NCBI GenBank assembly: GCA_965204835.1
Contig: OZ242017.1
Span: 451,842-515,841 of the forward strand
Direction: 5' to 3'
Length of the DNA stretch: 64,000 nt
Source: Dehalococcoidia bacterium
GTDB taxonomy: Bacteria > Chloroflexota > Dehalococcoidia > UBA2979
Shown: positions 45,681 to 54,774 of the stretch, piece by piece
Numbering within the stretch: the stretch's first letter is position 1
Layout of the letters: every line of letters begins with the position of its first letter
Position numbers and translations under genes: made by a program
The notes under the pieces: generated by a model
Database searches by the model: none
What the model was told of the DNA's origin: nothing
The model's input: only the letters and a program-made list of their open reading frames with translations

Positions 45681-48600
45681 ATGGCCGGGGCCGCCCGGTG
45701 GCCCGTCGCTGCCCGCCTGACGGCGGCCGAGTCGGAGTGCGGCGTGATCGCATGGCGCAGCACGGCAGCACGCGGGTCGTTCGCCGACCTCGCGTGCGTC
45801 GGCATCCTGCTCCTCGTGGCAGCGCTCGCGACCGCCTCGCCCGCCAGGTCCGCGGAGTCCGAGAACCTGCTCCCGGACGGGGGCTTCGAGGACGGCGGCG
45901 CCGGGTGGTCGCCGTGGGCCACGAACGCCACGGTCACCGTTGACGGATCGGAGCCCGTCCATGCCGGGGCGGCGGCCGCGCACCTCGTCGCGGACGGGCC
46001 GGGGACCGTCGCGCTCGACTCGCAGTACTGGTGGACGCCGATCGATGAGCTCAAGCCGCTGAGCATGACCATCTGGGTCTACGCCGATGACGCGGGTATC
46101 AGCAACGTCTCCGCGCGCATCGATGCGCTGGACGAGGACGGCGTGGTGCTCGACAGCGCGAGAGGCCTGCCCGGCGTGGGCAGCGGGTGGGTGGAGATCA
46201 CCGCCGGGCCGTTGCAGGCCCCCGCCGGGAGCGCGTACGTGGGCCTCGTGGTGAGCGCCACGGCTGCGACGGCCGGCGCAACACTCCACATCGACTCCGC
46301 GTCCGTCACGGTCGTCAGCGAGGAACCGACGGCGGAGGCGGAGGCGACGGCCACGGCCACGGCGACGGCGACCGCCACGGCGACGGCCACGGCGACGGCC
46401 ACAGCGACCGCCATGCCGACGGCGACCGCCATGCCGACGGCGACCGCCATGCCGACGGCGACCGCCATGCCGACGGCGACCGCCATGCCGACGGCGACCG
46501 CAACGCCAACACCAACCCCCACCCCCACTCCGACTGCAACTGCAACGCCTACCGCGACCGCAACACCCACGGCGACCGCGACCGACGTGCCGGGCCCCAC
46601 GCCCCCGGAGACGGAGACCGCGACCGACGTGCCGGGCCCCACGCCTACGGAGACGGAGACCGCGACCGACGCGCCGGCACCCACGCCCCCGGAGACGGAG
46701 ACCGCGACCGCCGTGCCTGCCCCCGCGCCCCCGGACATGCTCACTCCCGGGCACCTCCTCCCGAACGCCGGCTTCGATCAGGGCACCTCCGGCTGGTCAC
46801 CCGACACAGACGACGTCGTGTTCACCGTCGACGAGAGCGCGCCCGATCGGGAGGGGAACGCCGTCGGTCGCATGACCGCCACCAGGCCCGGGACGACCAA
46901 CGTGGCTTCGCAGTTCTGGCTCACCGAGACGAGCGAGCTCGCCTCGCACACCATGCGGGTCTGGGTGTACGTGGTGGACTCCTCCATGAGCAGGGTGATC
47001 GTGGCGCTCGAGGTGCTCGACGCGGACGGGATCGTGCTCGCAACCGCGATCGCCCCGACAACGATGAGCGCTCGCTGGCAGGAGCTCAGCGTGGGATCGC
47101 TGCACCCGATGGTGGGGGCTCAGCACGTTCGCGCCGTGGTGAGCGGGACGGCTGCATCCGCCGGGGCAACGCTGTACGTCGACGCCGTCGAGGTCATCGC
47201 CACGACGCCGCCCCCGCCGGAGGAGCCACCACCCGAGCCCATCGTGACCGAGCCGCCCGACGCGACCCCGCCGGAGGAGCCACCGCCCCCTCCCACCGTG
47301 GCCGAGCCGCCCGACGAGACCCCGCCGCCCGAGCCACCACCCCCTCCCACCGTGACCGAGCCGCCCGACGAGACCCCGCCCGAGGAGCCACCACCCCCTC
47401 CCACCGTGGCCGAGCCGCCCGACGAGACCCCGCCGGAGCCGCCGCCCGCGCCCACTGCGGCCGCCCCGACCCCGACCCCGACGCCGACGCCCGAGCCACC
47501 ACCCACCACGGTGACGGCCGCGCGTGTGGTCGAACCGGTCACGCCGTCAGTGGCTGGGCCGCCCCCCGTGCAGACCTCGACGCCAACGGCCACGCCAACC
47601 GTGGTCGGCGACCCGGACGGGGCCGGCAACCTGCTCCGCAACGCCGACTTCGAGGCGGCGGGCAGCCTGGCAGCGTGGGGTAGCCGTGGCGGCTCGGCCC
47701 GCGTCGCGACGGACGGTGACGGCTCGCGCACGGCGCAACTGGCGTCCCGTACTTCCGCGACGAAGTGGCTCTACCAGGTTGTCCCCGTGACGCCGGGCGG
47801 GTGGTACGAGGCGGGCGCGCGGCTCGAGGCCCGCGACGAGGCCGAGGCCGCGTTGGTGCGCGTCGCCTGGTACGCGTCGGACGACGCGAGCGGGAGGCAA
47901 CTCTCCACGGTCGACTCGCCTCCCGTGCAGGGAGGAGCCGCGCGCGCGGCTGAGGTCGCGACCGGCGCGGTGCAGGCGCCGCAGTCGGCGCACAGCGCGC
48001 AACTGCGGCTGATGCTCCGCCCGCGAGGCAGCGCGCTCGCAACGCTCGTCGCCGACGACGCCTACCTCGGACCCATCACCGCGCCGCCACCGCCCGCGCC
48101 GACCTCGACGCCCACGCCCACACCCACGGCATCGCCATCGCCGAGCCCGACGCCCACCCCGTCCGCGACGCCCACCCCGACTGCAACCCCGGCGCCGGCG
48201 CCACCGACCCCGACACCCACGCCCGCCCCCACCGCGTCGCCGGAACCCACGCCCACGCCAACGCCGGCGCCGCGGACCGTGCAAGCCTCGACGCCCCCGG
48301 CCGGGAAGGGCGTGACGGTCGCGGAGCCGACGGCCAGTCCTCCCACCGTGGCCGCGGTGGCTCCGCCACCCACCACGGCCTTCGAGATCCCGCTGCGCAT
48401 CACCGCGCTGCTGCCCGACCCCGTGGAGCAGGGCCCCGACGCCCGCTTCGAGTGGGTCGAGCTGACGAACGTCGGCCGCTCGCCGCTACGCATCGGCGGG
48501 TTCGAGCTCCGCGACAACACGGCGACGCTCACGTTGCCGGACATCGAGTTGCCCGCGCGCAGCTCGGTCGTCGTCGCCGGTGCGGAGGCCGAGGTGGGCG

Positions 48601-49130
48601 AGGTCATCACCATCCGGCTCGACTCGGGGCTGTTCAACGGGCTCGCCAACGCCGGCGACCGGCTCGTGCTGCTCACGCGCGAGGGCGCCGTCGTCGACTC
48701 GCTGTCGTGGGGCGACGACACCAGCCGCTACGGCCCGCCCCTCGTGGCGCCGGGCGCAGGGGAGCTGCTCCGGCGGCGCTTCGCCCAGAACGGGGCGCTG
48801 GTCGCGGTGGTCGTCGCCGCTGACGACGCGGCCCCCGTGGACGGCGCCACAGAGGACGACACCACGGTCGCGGCGGCAGCAGCGCCCACCGAGGCAGCGC
48901 CGACCGCGTCGCCCCCCGCACTGGCCGTCGAGGTGGTGACGCGCACGCCGACGCCGTCCGATGCCAGCGCCGCGACGGCAACAGCCACCGAGCCGGCCCC
49001 GGACGAGCGGATGGCCAGCAACGGCGGCAACGGAGTGAACCGCGCCGCGTGGATCGCGCTCGCCTCGATCGCGCTTGGTGCGCTCTCGGGCGTCGGGGCG
49101 TTTCGGCTGCGGGAGCTGCTGAGCGCGTAG
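45681..49130 (+). CDS. large secreted/cell-surface protein: signal peptide, three carbohydrate-binding-module-like (CBM_4_9-like) domains separated by TA/TP/PE-rich linkers, a lamin-tail domain (LTD) and a C-terminal TM anchor
   Basis: Each domain begins NLL(P/R)N(A/G)(G/D)FE..G..GW. LTD signature ARFEWVELTNVG...LANAGDRLVLL...VVDSLSWG. C-terminal AAWIALASIALGALSGVGAFRLRELLSA. Confidence 0.75.
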   Translation: MAGAARWPVAARLTAAESECGVIAWRSTAARGSFADLACVGILLLVAALATASPARSAESENLLPDGGFEDGGAGWSPWATNATVTVDGSEPVHAGAAAAHLVADGPGTVALDSQYWWTPIDELKPLSMTIWVYADDAGISNVSARIDALDEDGVVLDSARGLPGVGSGWVEITAGPLQAPAGSAYVGLVVSATAATAGATLHIDSASVTVVSEEPTAEAEATATATATATATATATATATATAMPTATAMPTATAMPTATAMPTATAMPTATATPTPTPTPTPTATATPTATATPTATATDVPGPTPPETETATDVPGPTPTETETATDAPAPTPPETETATAVPAPAPPDMLTPGHLLPNAGFDQGTSGWSPDTDDVVFTVDESAPDREGNAVGRMTATRPGTTNVASQFWLTETSELASHTMRVWVYVVDSSMSRVIVALEVLDADGIVLATAIAPTTMSARWQELSVGSLHPMVGAQHVRAVVSGTAASAGATLYVDAVEVIATTPPPPEEPPPEPIVTEPPDATPPEEPPPPPTVAEPPDETPPPEPPPPPTVTEPPDETPPEEPPPPPTVAEPPDETPPEPPPAPTAAAPTPTPTPTPEPPPTTVTAARVVEPVTPSVAGPPPVQTSTPTATPTVVGDPDGAGNLLRNADFEAAGSLAAWGSRGGSARVATDGDGSRTAQLASRTSATKWLYQVVPVTPGGWYEAGARLEARDEAEAALVRVAWYASDDASGRQLSTVDSPPVQGGAARAAEVATGAVQAPQSAHSAQLRLMLRPRGSALATLVADDAYLGPITAPPPPAPTSTPTPTPTASPSPSPTPTPSATPTPTATPAPAPPTPTPTPAPTASPEPTPTPTPAPRTVQASTPPAGKGVTVAEPTASPPTVAAVAPPPTTAFEIPLRITALLPDPVEQGPDARFEWVELTNVGRSPLRIGGFELRDNTATLTLPDIELPARSSVVVAGAEAEVGEVITIRLDSGLFNGLANAGDRLVLLTREGAVVDSLSWGDDTSRYGPPLVAPGAGELLRRRFAQNGALVAVVVAADDAAPVDGATEDDTTVAAAAAPTEAAPTASPPALAVEVVTRTPTPSDASAATATATEPAPDERMASNGGNGVNRAAWIALASIALGALSGVGAFRLRELLSA
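46327..46560 (+). repeat. tandem hexamer/18-nt coding repeats (ACGGCG/ACGGCC; 5 x atgccgacggcgaccgcc = MPTATA x5 at 46413..46502)
   Basis: Seen directly inside the surface-protein gene. Confidence 0.8.
46584..46736 (+). repeat. about 3.6 copies of a 42-nt tandem repeat (DVPGPTPPETETAT units)
   Basis: Seen directly. Near-identical units. Confidence 0.8.
47209..47460 (+). repeat. about 4.5 copies of a 54-nt tandem repeat encoding PPEEPPPPPTVAEPPDET units
   Basis: Seen directly. Confidence 0.75.
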
Positions 49131-49136
49131 CCGCGG

Positions 49137-50378
49137 CTACCCCGCCCCGGACTGCTCGCCACGAGGCAGCGCGACCTCGACCGCGAGCCCGCCGCCGGGC
49201 AGCGCCCGCGCCGTCACCGTGCCGCGATGCGCCCGCACGATGGCGCGCACGATCGAGAGGCCGAGGCCGTACCCGCCCCGCCCGCGCGTGCGTGCGCGCT
49301 CCAGCCGCGCGAAGCGCGCGAACAGCCTCGGCGCATCCTCGGCGTCGATGAGCGGGCCGCCGTTGGCGCAACGCAGCGTCGCGGCGTCGCCCTCCCGTGC
49401 CACGGTGACCTCGATCCAGCCGTCCGCCTCGTTGTGGTCGACCGCGTTGTCGACGAGATTGCCGGCGAGGCGGTCGAGCAGCATCGGGTCGCCCGCGACC
49501 GAGGCCTCGCCGAGGTCGAGCGTGACGCGCAGGCCCTGCTCCTCGATGTCGGCGGCCCGCGCGTCCAGCGCGCGCCGCACTGCGTCCGCGAGGTCCACTG
49601 CGTCGCCGCGCTCCAGCGGCCCCTCGGCGCGAGCGAGCACGAGCAGCCGGTCGATCAGGCCCTCGGTGCGCTCGATGGCGCGGCGCACGACCTCGGCGGT
49701 CGCCTCGAGTTGCTCGCGTCCCGCGTCCGGGTCGTCGAGGGTGACGTCGATCTCGGTGCGGATCACGGTGAGCGGCGTGCGCAGCTCGTGCGATGCGTTC
49801 GCGACGAACTCGCGCTGCGCCTCGAACGCGGTCTGCAGCCGGTCCAGCATCGCGTCGAACTGGTCGGCGAGGTCCTTGAGCTCGTCGGGCGGCCCGCCGA
49901 GGTCGATGCGCTCCTCGAGGCGCTCGTCGCTGATGCGCCGGGCGGTGTCGGCGATCTCATGGACCGGCCGCAGCATGCGTCCCGCCACGAACCAGCCGAG
50001 GCCGACCGAGACGACCGCCATCAGCCCCAGCGCGAACGCCCCGCGCGACAGGAGCTCGCGCAGCGTGTCGTCGCGCACCTGCGAGACGAGGTTGTTGAAC
50101 AGCGACGTGGCCGGCACCGCGCGGACGACGTCCGGTCTGCCGCGCGTGGGGCGCTGCACCAGGAACGTGAACTCGCCGCGCAGCTCGCCCGCCTCGAGGT
50201 CGAGCCGCTCCTCGAGGTCCTCGCGCAGGTCCTCGCCACCCCCGGGGAAGTTGCGCGCGACGAGCGCGAAGTTGAGCGCGAGCAGCACCGCCCCGGCCAG
50301 CAGGAACAGCGCCCCGTACCACAGCGTGAGGCGCAGCCGGATCGACGGCCGCCCGGCCGCGCCGGGGAGCCGGCGCAT
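49137..50378 (-). CDS. sensor histidine kinase (TM-HAMP-HisKA-HATPase)
   Basis: H-box ASHELRTPL and G-boxes GGYGLGLSIV. The ATG shares a base with the response-regulator stop (TGATG). Confidence 0.85.
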   Translation of the reverse strand: MRRLPGAAGRPSIRLRLTLWYGALFLLAGAVLLALNFALVARNFPGGGEDLREDLEERLDLEAGELRGEFTFLVQRPTRGRPDVVRAVPATSLFNNLVSQVRDDTLRELLSRGAFALGLMAVVSVGLGWFVAGRMLRPVHEIADTARRISDERLEERIDLGGPPDELKDLADQFDAMLDRLQTAFEAQREFVANASHELRTPLTVIRTEIDVTLDDPDAGREQLEATAEVVRRAIERTEGLIDRLLVLARAEGPLERGDAVDLADAVRRALDARAADIEEQGLRVTLDLGEASVAGDPMLLDRLAGNLVDNAVDHNEADGWIEVTVAREGDAATLRCANGGPLIDAEDAPRLFARFARLERARTRGRGGYGLGLSIVRAIVRAHRGTVTARALPGGGLAVEVALPRGEQSGAG

Positions 50379-51034
50379 CACGGAATGCGGTAGCCGACGC
50401 CGCGCACGGTCTCGATCAGCGGCGGGTCACCCAGGCTCTTGCGCAGCTTCATGATCGTGACGCGCACGACGTTGGTGAACGGGTCGGTGTGCTCGTCCCA
50501 CGCCCGGTCCAGCAGCTCCTCGGGGCTCACGACCGCGCCCTCGGCTTCGAGGAGCACCTGGAGGACGGCGAACTCCTTGCGGGTCAGGTCCAGCGTCCGC
50601 CCCTCGCGGCTCGCGCTGCGACGGGCTGTATCGAGCCCCACGCCGCCCCGCTCCAGCACCGGCTGGACGGCCGGCCGCGCGCGCCGGCCGAGCGCGCGCA
50701 GGCGCGCTCGCAGCTCGCCGAAGTCGAAGGGCTTGGCCAGGTAGTCGTCGGCGCCCAGGTCGAGGCCGTCGATGCGGTCGTGGACGGCGGCTGCCGCCGT
50801 GAGCATGAGGATGCGGCACTCGCCCTCCCCCGCGACGAGCTCGCGGCACACGTCGTCGCCGTGGACGGCGGGCAGGTCGCGGTCGAGCACGACGACGTCG
50901 TAGGGGTGGACGGCGGCCTTCTCCAGCGCCTCGGCCCCGTCGAACGCGACATCGACGGCGAGGCCGTCGCGACGCAGCCCGCGCGCGATCGCGTTCGCGA
51001 GGTCTCGTTCGTCCTCGACCAGCAGCACGCGCAT
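50378..51034 (-). CDS. OmpR-family response regulator
   Basis: MRVLLVEDE receiver domain plus a winged-helix C-terminus (VGYRI). GAGGAG is 7 nt before the ATG. Confidence 0.85.
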   Translation of the reverse strand: MRVLLVEDERDLANAIARGLRRDGLAVDVAFDGAEALEKAAVHPYDVVVLDRDLPAVHGDDVCRELVAGEGECRILMLTAAAAVHDRIDGLDLGADDYLAKPFDFGELRARLRALGRRARPAVQPVLERGGVGLDTARRSASREGRTLDLTRKEFAVLQVLLEAEGAVVSPEELLDRAWDEHTDPFTNVVRVTIMKLRKSLGDPPLIETVRGVGYRIP

Positions 51035-51211
51035 CGCGATCTCCTCGCTCCGGCCGCACGCGATCCAGCGTAGCGGGCCGGAGCTAACCGGAACGTAACG
51101 CCGCGCCGCCAGACGCACACGCGGAGGAGACCGGGAGCTTACGAGGAGCTTACGCGCGGCGCTCTAGCTTGCGGCCATCAACATCTCCCACCGCAGCGAA
51201 GGATGGCATGG

Positions 51212-51916
51212 ATGACACGGACGAAAGCGATGGTTGCGGTGGCCCTCGGCGGGCTCGCGGCGCTGCTGCTCGTCGGCAGCGCGCTGGCGCACCCGCGCGG
51301 GCTCGTCGACAGGGTCGACGTGCTCGCCCGCGCACTCGGCATCACCGCCGAGGAGGTCGAGCAGGCGAAGGAGGACGGCACGCTCAAGGACCTCCTCGCC
51401 GACGTCTCCCGCGACGACCTGCGGACGGCGTACCAGGACGAGGCGACCGAGGCCATCGACAACGCCTCCGAGGCCGGCGCGATCACCTCGACGCAGGCGG
51501 ACAGCCTCCGGGCGGTCGTCACCGCCGAGCGCGGCGAACTCACCGAGAGCGATGTCGAGACGCTGAAGGGCCTGCGCGGCACGGTCACCGTCGATGTGAC
51601 GGCCGTCTACGCCTCGGTGCTCGGCATCACGAGCGCGGAGGTCGAGGCCGCGAAGGAGGGCGGCACGCTGCGCGACCGGCTCGCCGGCGTGAACCGCGTT
51701 GCCCTCGTCGCAGCCCTCGTGGACGCGCGCGACGCCGCCATCGACGCCGCCGAGGAGGCGGGCGACATCACGGCCGAGCAGGCCGCGCTGCTCCGCGACG
51801 CGGGCAAGGGCCGCGGCCACCACGGGCGCTGGGGCGGCTACCACCGGCACGGCTCCCGCGACGGCGGCTGGTCGGGCGGCAAGAAGGCCGCCGCCGCCGT
51901 GGGCGACCCGGCGTAA
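51212..51916 (+). CDS. secreted protein with internal ~70-aa duplication, function unknown
   Basis: Signal peptide MTRTKAMVAVALGGLAALLLVGSALAHP. Two repeats of the pattern LGIT(A/S)EEVE.AKE.GTL.D.LA...R....DEA..AID.A.EAG.IT..QA. Divergent from the two-component system. Confidence 0.55.
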   Translation: MTRTKAMVAVALGGLAALLLVGSALAHPRGLVDRVDVLARALGITAEEVEQAKEDGTLKDLLADVSRDDLRTAYQDEATEAIDNASEAGAITSTQADSLRAVVTAERGELTESDVETLKGLRGTVTVDVTAVYASVLGITSAEVEAAKEGGTLRDRLAGVNRVALVAALVDARDAAIDAAEEAGDITAEQAALLRDAGKGRGHHGRWGGYHRHGSRDGGWSGGKKAAAAVGDPA

Positions 51917-52001
51917 ACCCCTGCGTCGGATGCTTCGGTCACGCGAAGGGGCGCCGTGAGGCGCCCCTTCTGCCTGTCTTGCGTCGTCACGCAGTCCGGC
52001 G

Positions 52002-52412
52002 CTACGTCTCCGCCTCGTTCCAGAGCTGGATGCCGAGCGGCACAAAGATGAGGGGCAGGACCACGTCGATGAACACCCACACCTGGCCGTCCGGCCGCTG
52101 ATCGCCTGCCGCCCAGTCGACCTGGACCCAGTTCCAGAAGAACAGCAGCAGCAGCGTCGTCGCGCCGTAGAAGCGCAGCGTCGACGTGATGTAGTCGCGC
52201 AGATCCGCGCCGGCATCCACCCGCCGCTTCGCATCGAACGTCACGATCACCGCCAGTGGGAGGCTCACCGCGCGCGCCCAGTCGAAGACGTGCCAGAGGA
52301 CGGGCTGGTCGCCCTCCCAGTCGTACAGCACCGGGTCCAGCACGAAGTGGACCGCGAGCCCCGCACCGACGAGGACGAAGAGCACGGCCAGCAGCCGCTT
52401 CAGCATCGGCAC
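52002..52412 (-). CDS. small polytopic membrane protein (tandem paralog 1)
   Basis: 136 aa. GGGGAGG is 7 nt before the GTG. About 45% identical to the neighbouring gene. Confidence 0.55.
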   Translation of the reverse strand: MPMLKRLLAVLFVLVGAGLAVHFVLDPVLYDWEGDQPVLWHVFDWARAVSLPLAVIVTFDAKRRVDAGADLRDYITSTLRFYGATTLLLLFFWNWVQVDWAAGDQRPDGQVWVFIDVVLPLIFVPLGIQLWNEAET

Positions 52413-52449
52413 AACGCGGCCTCCCCTCGTGCTGGTCGCAGTGAGTGAG

Positions 52450-52863
52450 CTACATCTCCTCGGCGTTCAGCAGGTCGAAGCCCACGGTGACGAACAGCAT
52501 GGGCAGCACCACGTCGATGAACACCCACACCTGCGAGTCCGGCGTCTGGTCGCCCGCCGACCACTCGATCTGGAAGGCGTTCCACAGGAAAAGTAGCGTC
52601 ACCGCCACGGCCACGAAGAACTTCGTGTTGGCCACGAGGTACGCGCGCAGGTCCGACTCCCCGTCCGCAGCCCGCTTCGCCATGAACGTCACGTACAGCG
52701 CGATAGGCAGGCCGGCGGCCATCAGCCAGTCGAGCACGATCCAGGGGGTCGGGACGCCCTCGCCGGCCTCCCACTCGTAGAGCAGGGGGTCGAGCACGAA
52801 GTGGACGGCCACGGCCGCTCCCACGACGGCGAGGTATACCCCGGCCAGACGCTTCACCATCAT
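52450..52863 (-). CDS. small polytopic membrane protein (tandem paralog 2)
   Basis: 137 aa from MMVKRL. GGAGGG is 9 nt before the ATG. Shared motifs HFVLDP, SAGDQ.PD.QVWVFIDVVLP. Confidence 0.55.
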   Translation of the reverse strand: MMVKRLAGVYLAVVGAAVAVHFVLDPLLYEWEAGEGVPTPWIVLDWLMAAGLPIALYVTFMAKRAADGESDLRAYLVANTKFFVAVAVTLLFLWNAFQIEWSAGDQTPDSQVWVFIDVVLPMLFVTVGFDLLNAEEM

Positions 52864-52989
52864 CGTGATTAGCCCTCCATCCAACTGCGACTGCGCATCA
52901 TGTGTGCGCGCAGTCTAGCGAGTTTCTTGCTGGCTGATTACAGGCGTACCGCTCAGATTTGCGAGTTCCGCCATGCACCTCGTCGCCCA

Positions 52990-53170
<181 letters not shown>

Positions 53171-53280
53171 TGCAAGCGGCGTCCGCGACGCCACCCACCT
53201 GCGGCATCGTCCACTGCCTGCCCCCTCGCACGACCGGGGGCGCGGCGAAGCGCGTCCCCGCATGTGCTGGGAGGCGCGCC

Positions 53281-54327
53281 ATGACCCACCGATTCCCGAT
53301 CCCGCTGCTGCGACCACTGCTGGTCGTGCTGGCGCTGCTCGCGGCGTCCGCCGTCCTCGCCTGCACCGGCGACGATGACGACGAGGCGGCCTCGACGCCG
53401 CCCGCGCCCACCGCGACGCCGGCCCCGGCGACCGCGACCCCCACCGCGACTGCGACCGCCACCGCGACCGCCACGGCCACGCCGGAGCCCACGCCCACCG
53501 CGCCGCCCGCGTTCCCCGTCACCATCGAGGACTCCGACGGCGTCGAAGTCACCCTCGACGGGCCGCCGCAGCGCATCATCTCCTACTCGCCGGGCGCGAC
53601 CGAGATCGTGTTCGCCGTCGGCGCCGGTGACCGCGTCATCGCGGCCGACGAGTTCTCGTACTACCCGCCCGAGACGGCGGACCTGCCGAAGCTCGCCTAC
53701 TCCAGCCCCGACCCGGAGCCCGCGCTGGCCCTCAATCCGGACCTCGTCATCATGGCCAGCCGCCAGCGCGAGCAGGTCGAGCAGTTCCGCGGCCTCGGCA
53801 TGACGGTGCTCTTCATCGACTCCGGCAACTCGCTCGACGAGGTCTTCGCGACCATCGAGCAGTTCGGCCGCATCACGGGCAACCGCGAGCAGGCCGCCGA
53901 GCTCGTCGCGTCGATGCGCGCGCGCATCGACGCGGTCACGGACGCGATCGCGAGCGTCGAGGAGGGCCCGCGCACGTTCTTCGAGCTGACGGCGGACCTC
54001 TACACCGTCGGGCCGGAGACGTTCGTCGGGAACGTGCTGACGCTGGCGAAGGCGCAGAACGTCGCGACCGGGGCGAGCTCGCCGTTCCCGCAGCTCACCG
54101 CCGAGGCGGTCATCGCCGCCGACCCGGAGGTCGTGCTGCTGGCCGACGGCGATTGGGGCGAGAGCCTGGAGACCGTGTGCGCGCGGCCCGGCTGGGACGC
54201 CACCTCGGCGTGCATCAACGAGCGCGTGCACCCCGTCGACGGCGACCTCACCAGCCGCCCCGGCCCCCGCGTCGTCGAGGGCCTCGAGGAGATCGCCCGC
54301 CTGCTCTACCCCGACCTCTTCCCGTAG
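53281..54327 (+). CDS. periplasmic-binding-protein family lipoprotein (BtuF/FecB-like cobalamin/siderophore SBP)
   Basis: Signal plus lipobox AVLAC, then TGDDDDE and a TA/TP linker. PBP type 2 fold (RIISYSPGATEIVFAVGAGDRVIA). GGGAGG is 6 nt before the ATG. Confidence 0.8.
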   Translation: MTHRFPIPLLRPLLVVLALLAASAVLACTGDDDDEAASTPPAPTATPAPATATPTATATATATATATPEPTPTAPPAFPVTIEDSDGVEVTLDGPPQRIISYSPGATEIVFAVGAGDRVIAADEFSYYPPETADLPKLAYSSPDPEPALALNPDLVIMASRQREQVEQFRGLGMTVLFIDSGNSLDEVFATIEQFGRITGNREQAAELVASMRARIDAVTDAIASVEEGPRTFFELTADLYTVGPETFVGNVLTLAKAQNVATGASSPFPQLTAEAVIAADPEVVLLADGDWGESLETVCARPGWDATSACINERVHPVDGDLTSRPGPRVVEGLEEIARLLYPDLFP

Positions 54328-54426
54328 TCCGACCATTCCTGCGCGCGGCCGCTCTCGCCGATATGCTGGCGACGGGCGGCCGCCCGCGGTCTGCTCCAGC
54401 AGACGACACGGGTAGGATGGGCAGGC

Positions 54427-54672
54427 ATGAGGGTCCGGTACGACTCCGACGCCGACGTGGTGTTTGTCGTGCTGCGCGAGCCCGAGGGCGGCGAGAGCGG
54501 GGGCGAGCGCATTGACGAGCGCCGCTACGCCCACTTCGACCGGGCCGACCGCGTCTTCGCGTACGAGTTCCTGTCGGTCAGCGCGGGGGTGGCGCTGGAC
54601 GGCATCGAGCCGGGGGACGCCACGCTGATCCGGGAGGCCATCGACTCGGTCGCGCGGCTCGCGGTCGCCTGA
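54427..54672 (+). CDS. DUF2283 family small protein (paralog of 8733..8975)
   Basis: MRVRYDSDADVVFVVLREPEGGESG aligns with MQVRYDPEADAIYVSLREPDG. Confidence 0.6.
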   Translation: MRVRYDSDADVVFVVLREPEGGESGGERIDERRYAHFDRADRVFAYEFLSVSAGVALDGIEPGDATLIREAIDSVARLAVA

Positions 54673-54774
54673 ACGACCCGACGACGCAGCCCGTCCGGCG
54701 AAGCGCGCCGGCGGCGTGCCCGCGGCCGGGGCAGCCTGGAGTGCGGGGACACCCCGCCGGGAGGGGACACGCCG

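Noticed and set aside
46413-46502. Possible CRISPR-like array (regular 18-nt repeats)
   Set aside because: The repeats are perfectly contiguous with no spacers, lie in frame inside a protein-coding gene and encode MPTATA. No cas genes anywhere in the window.
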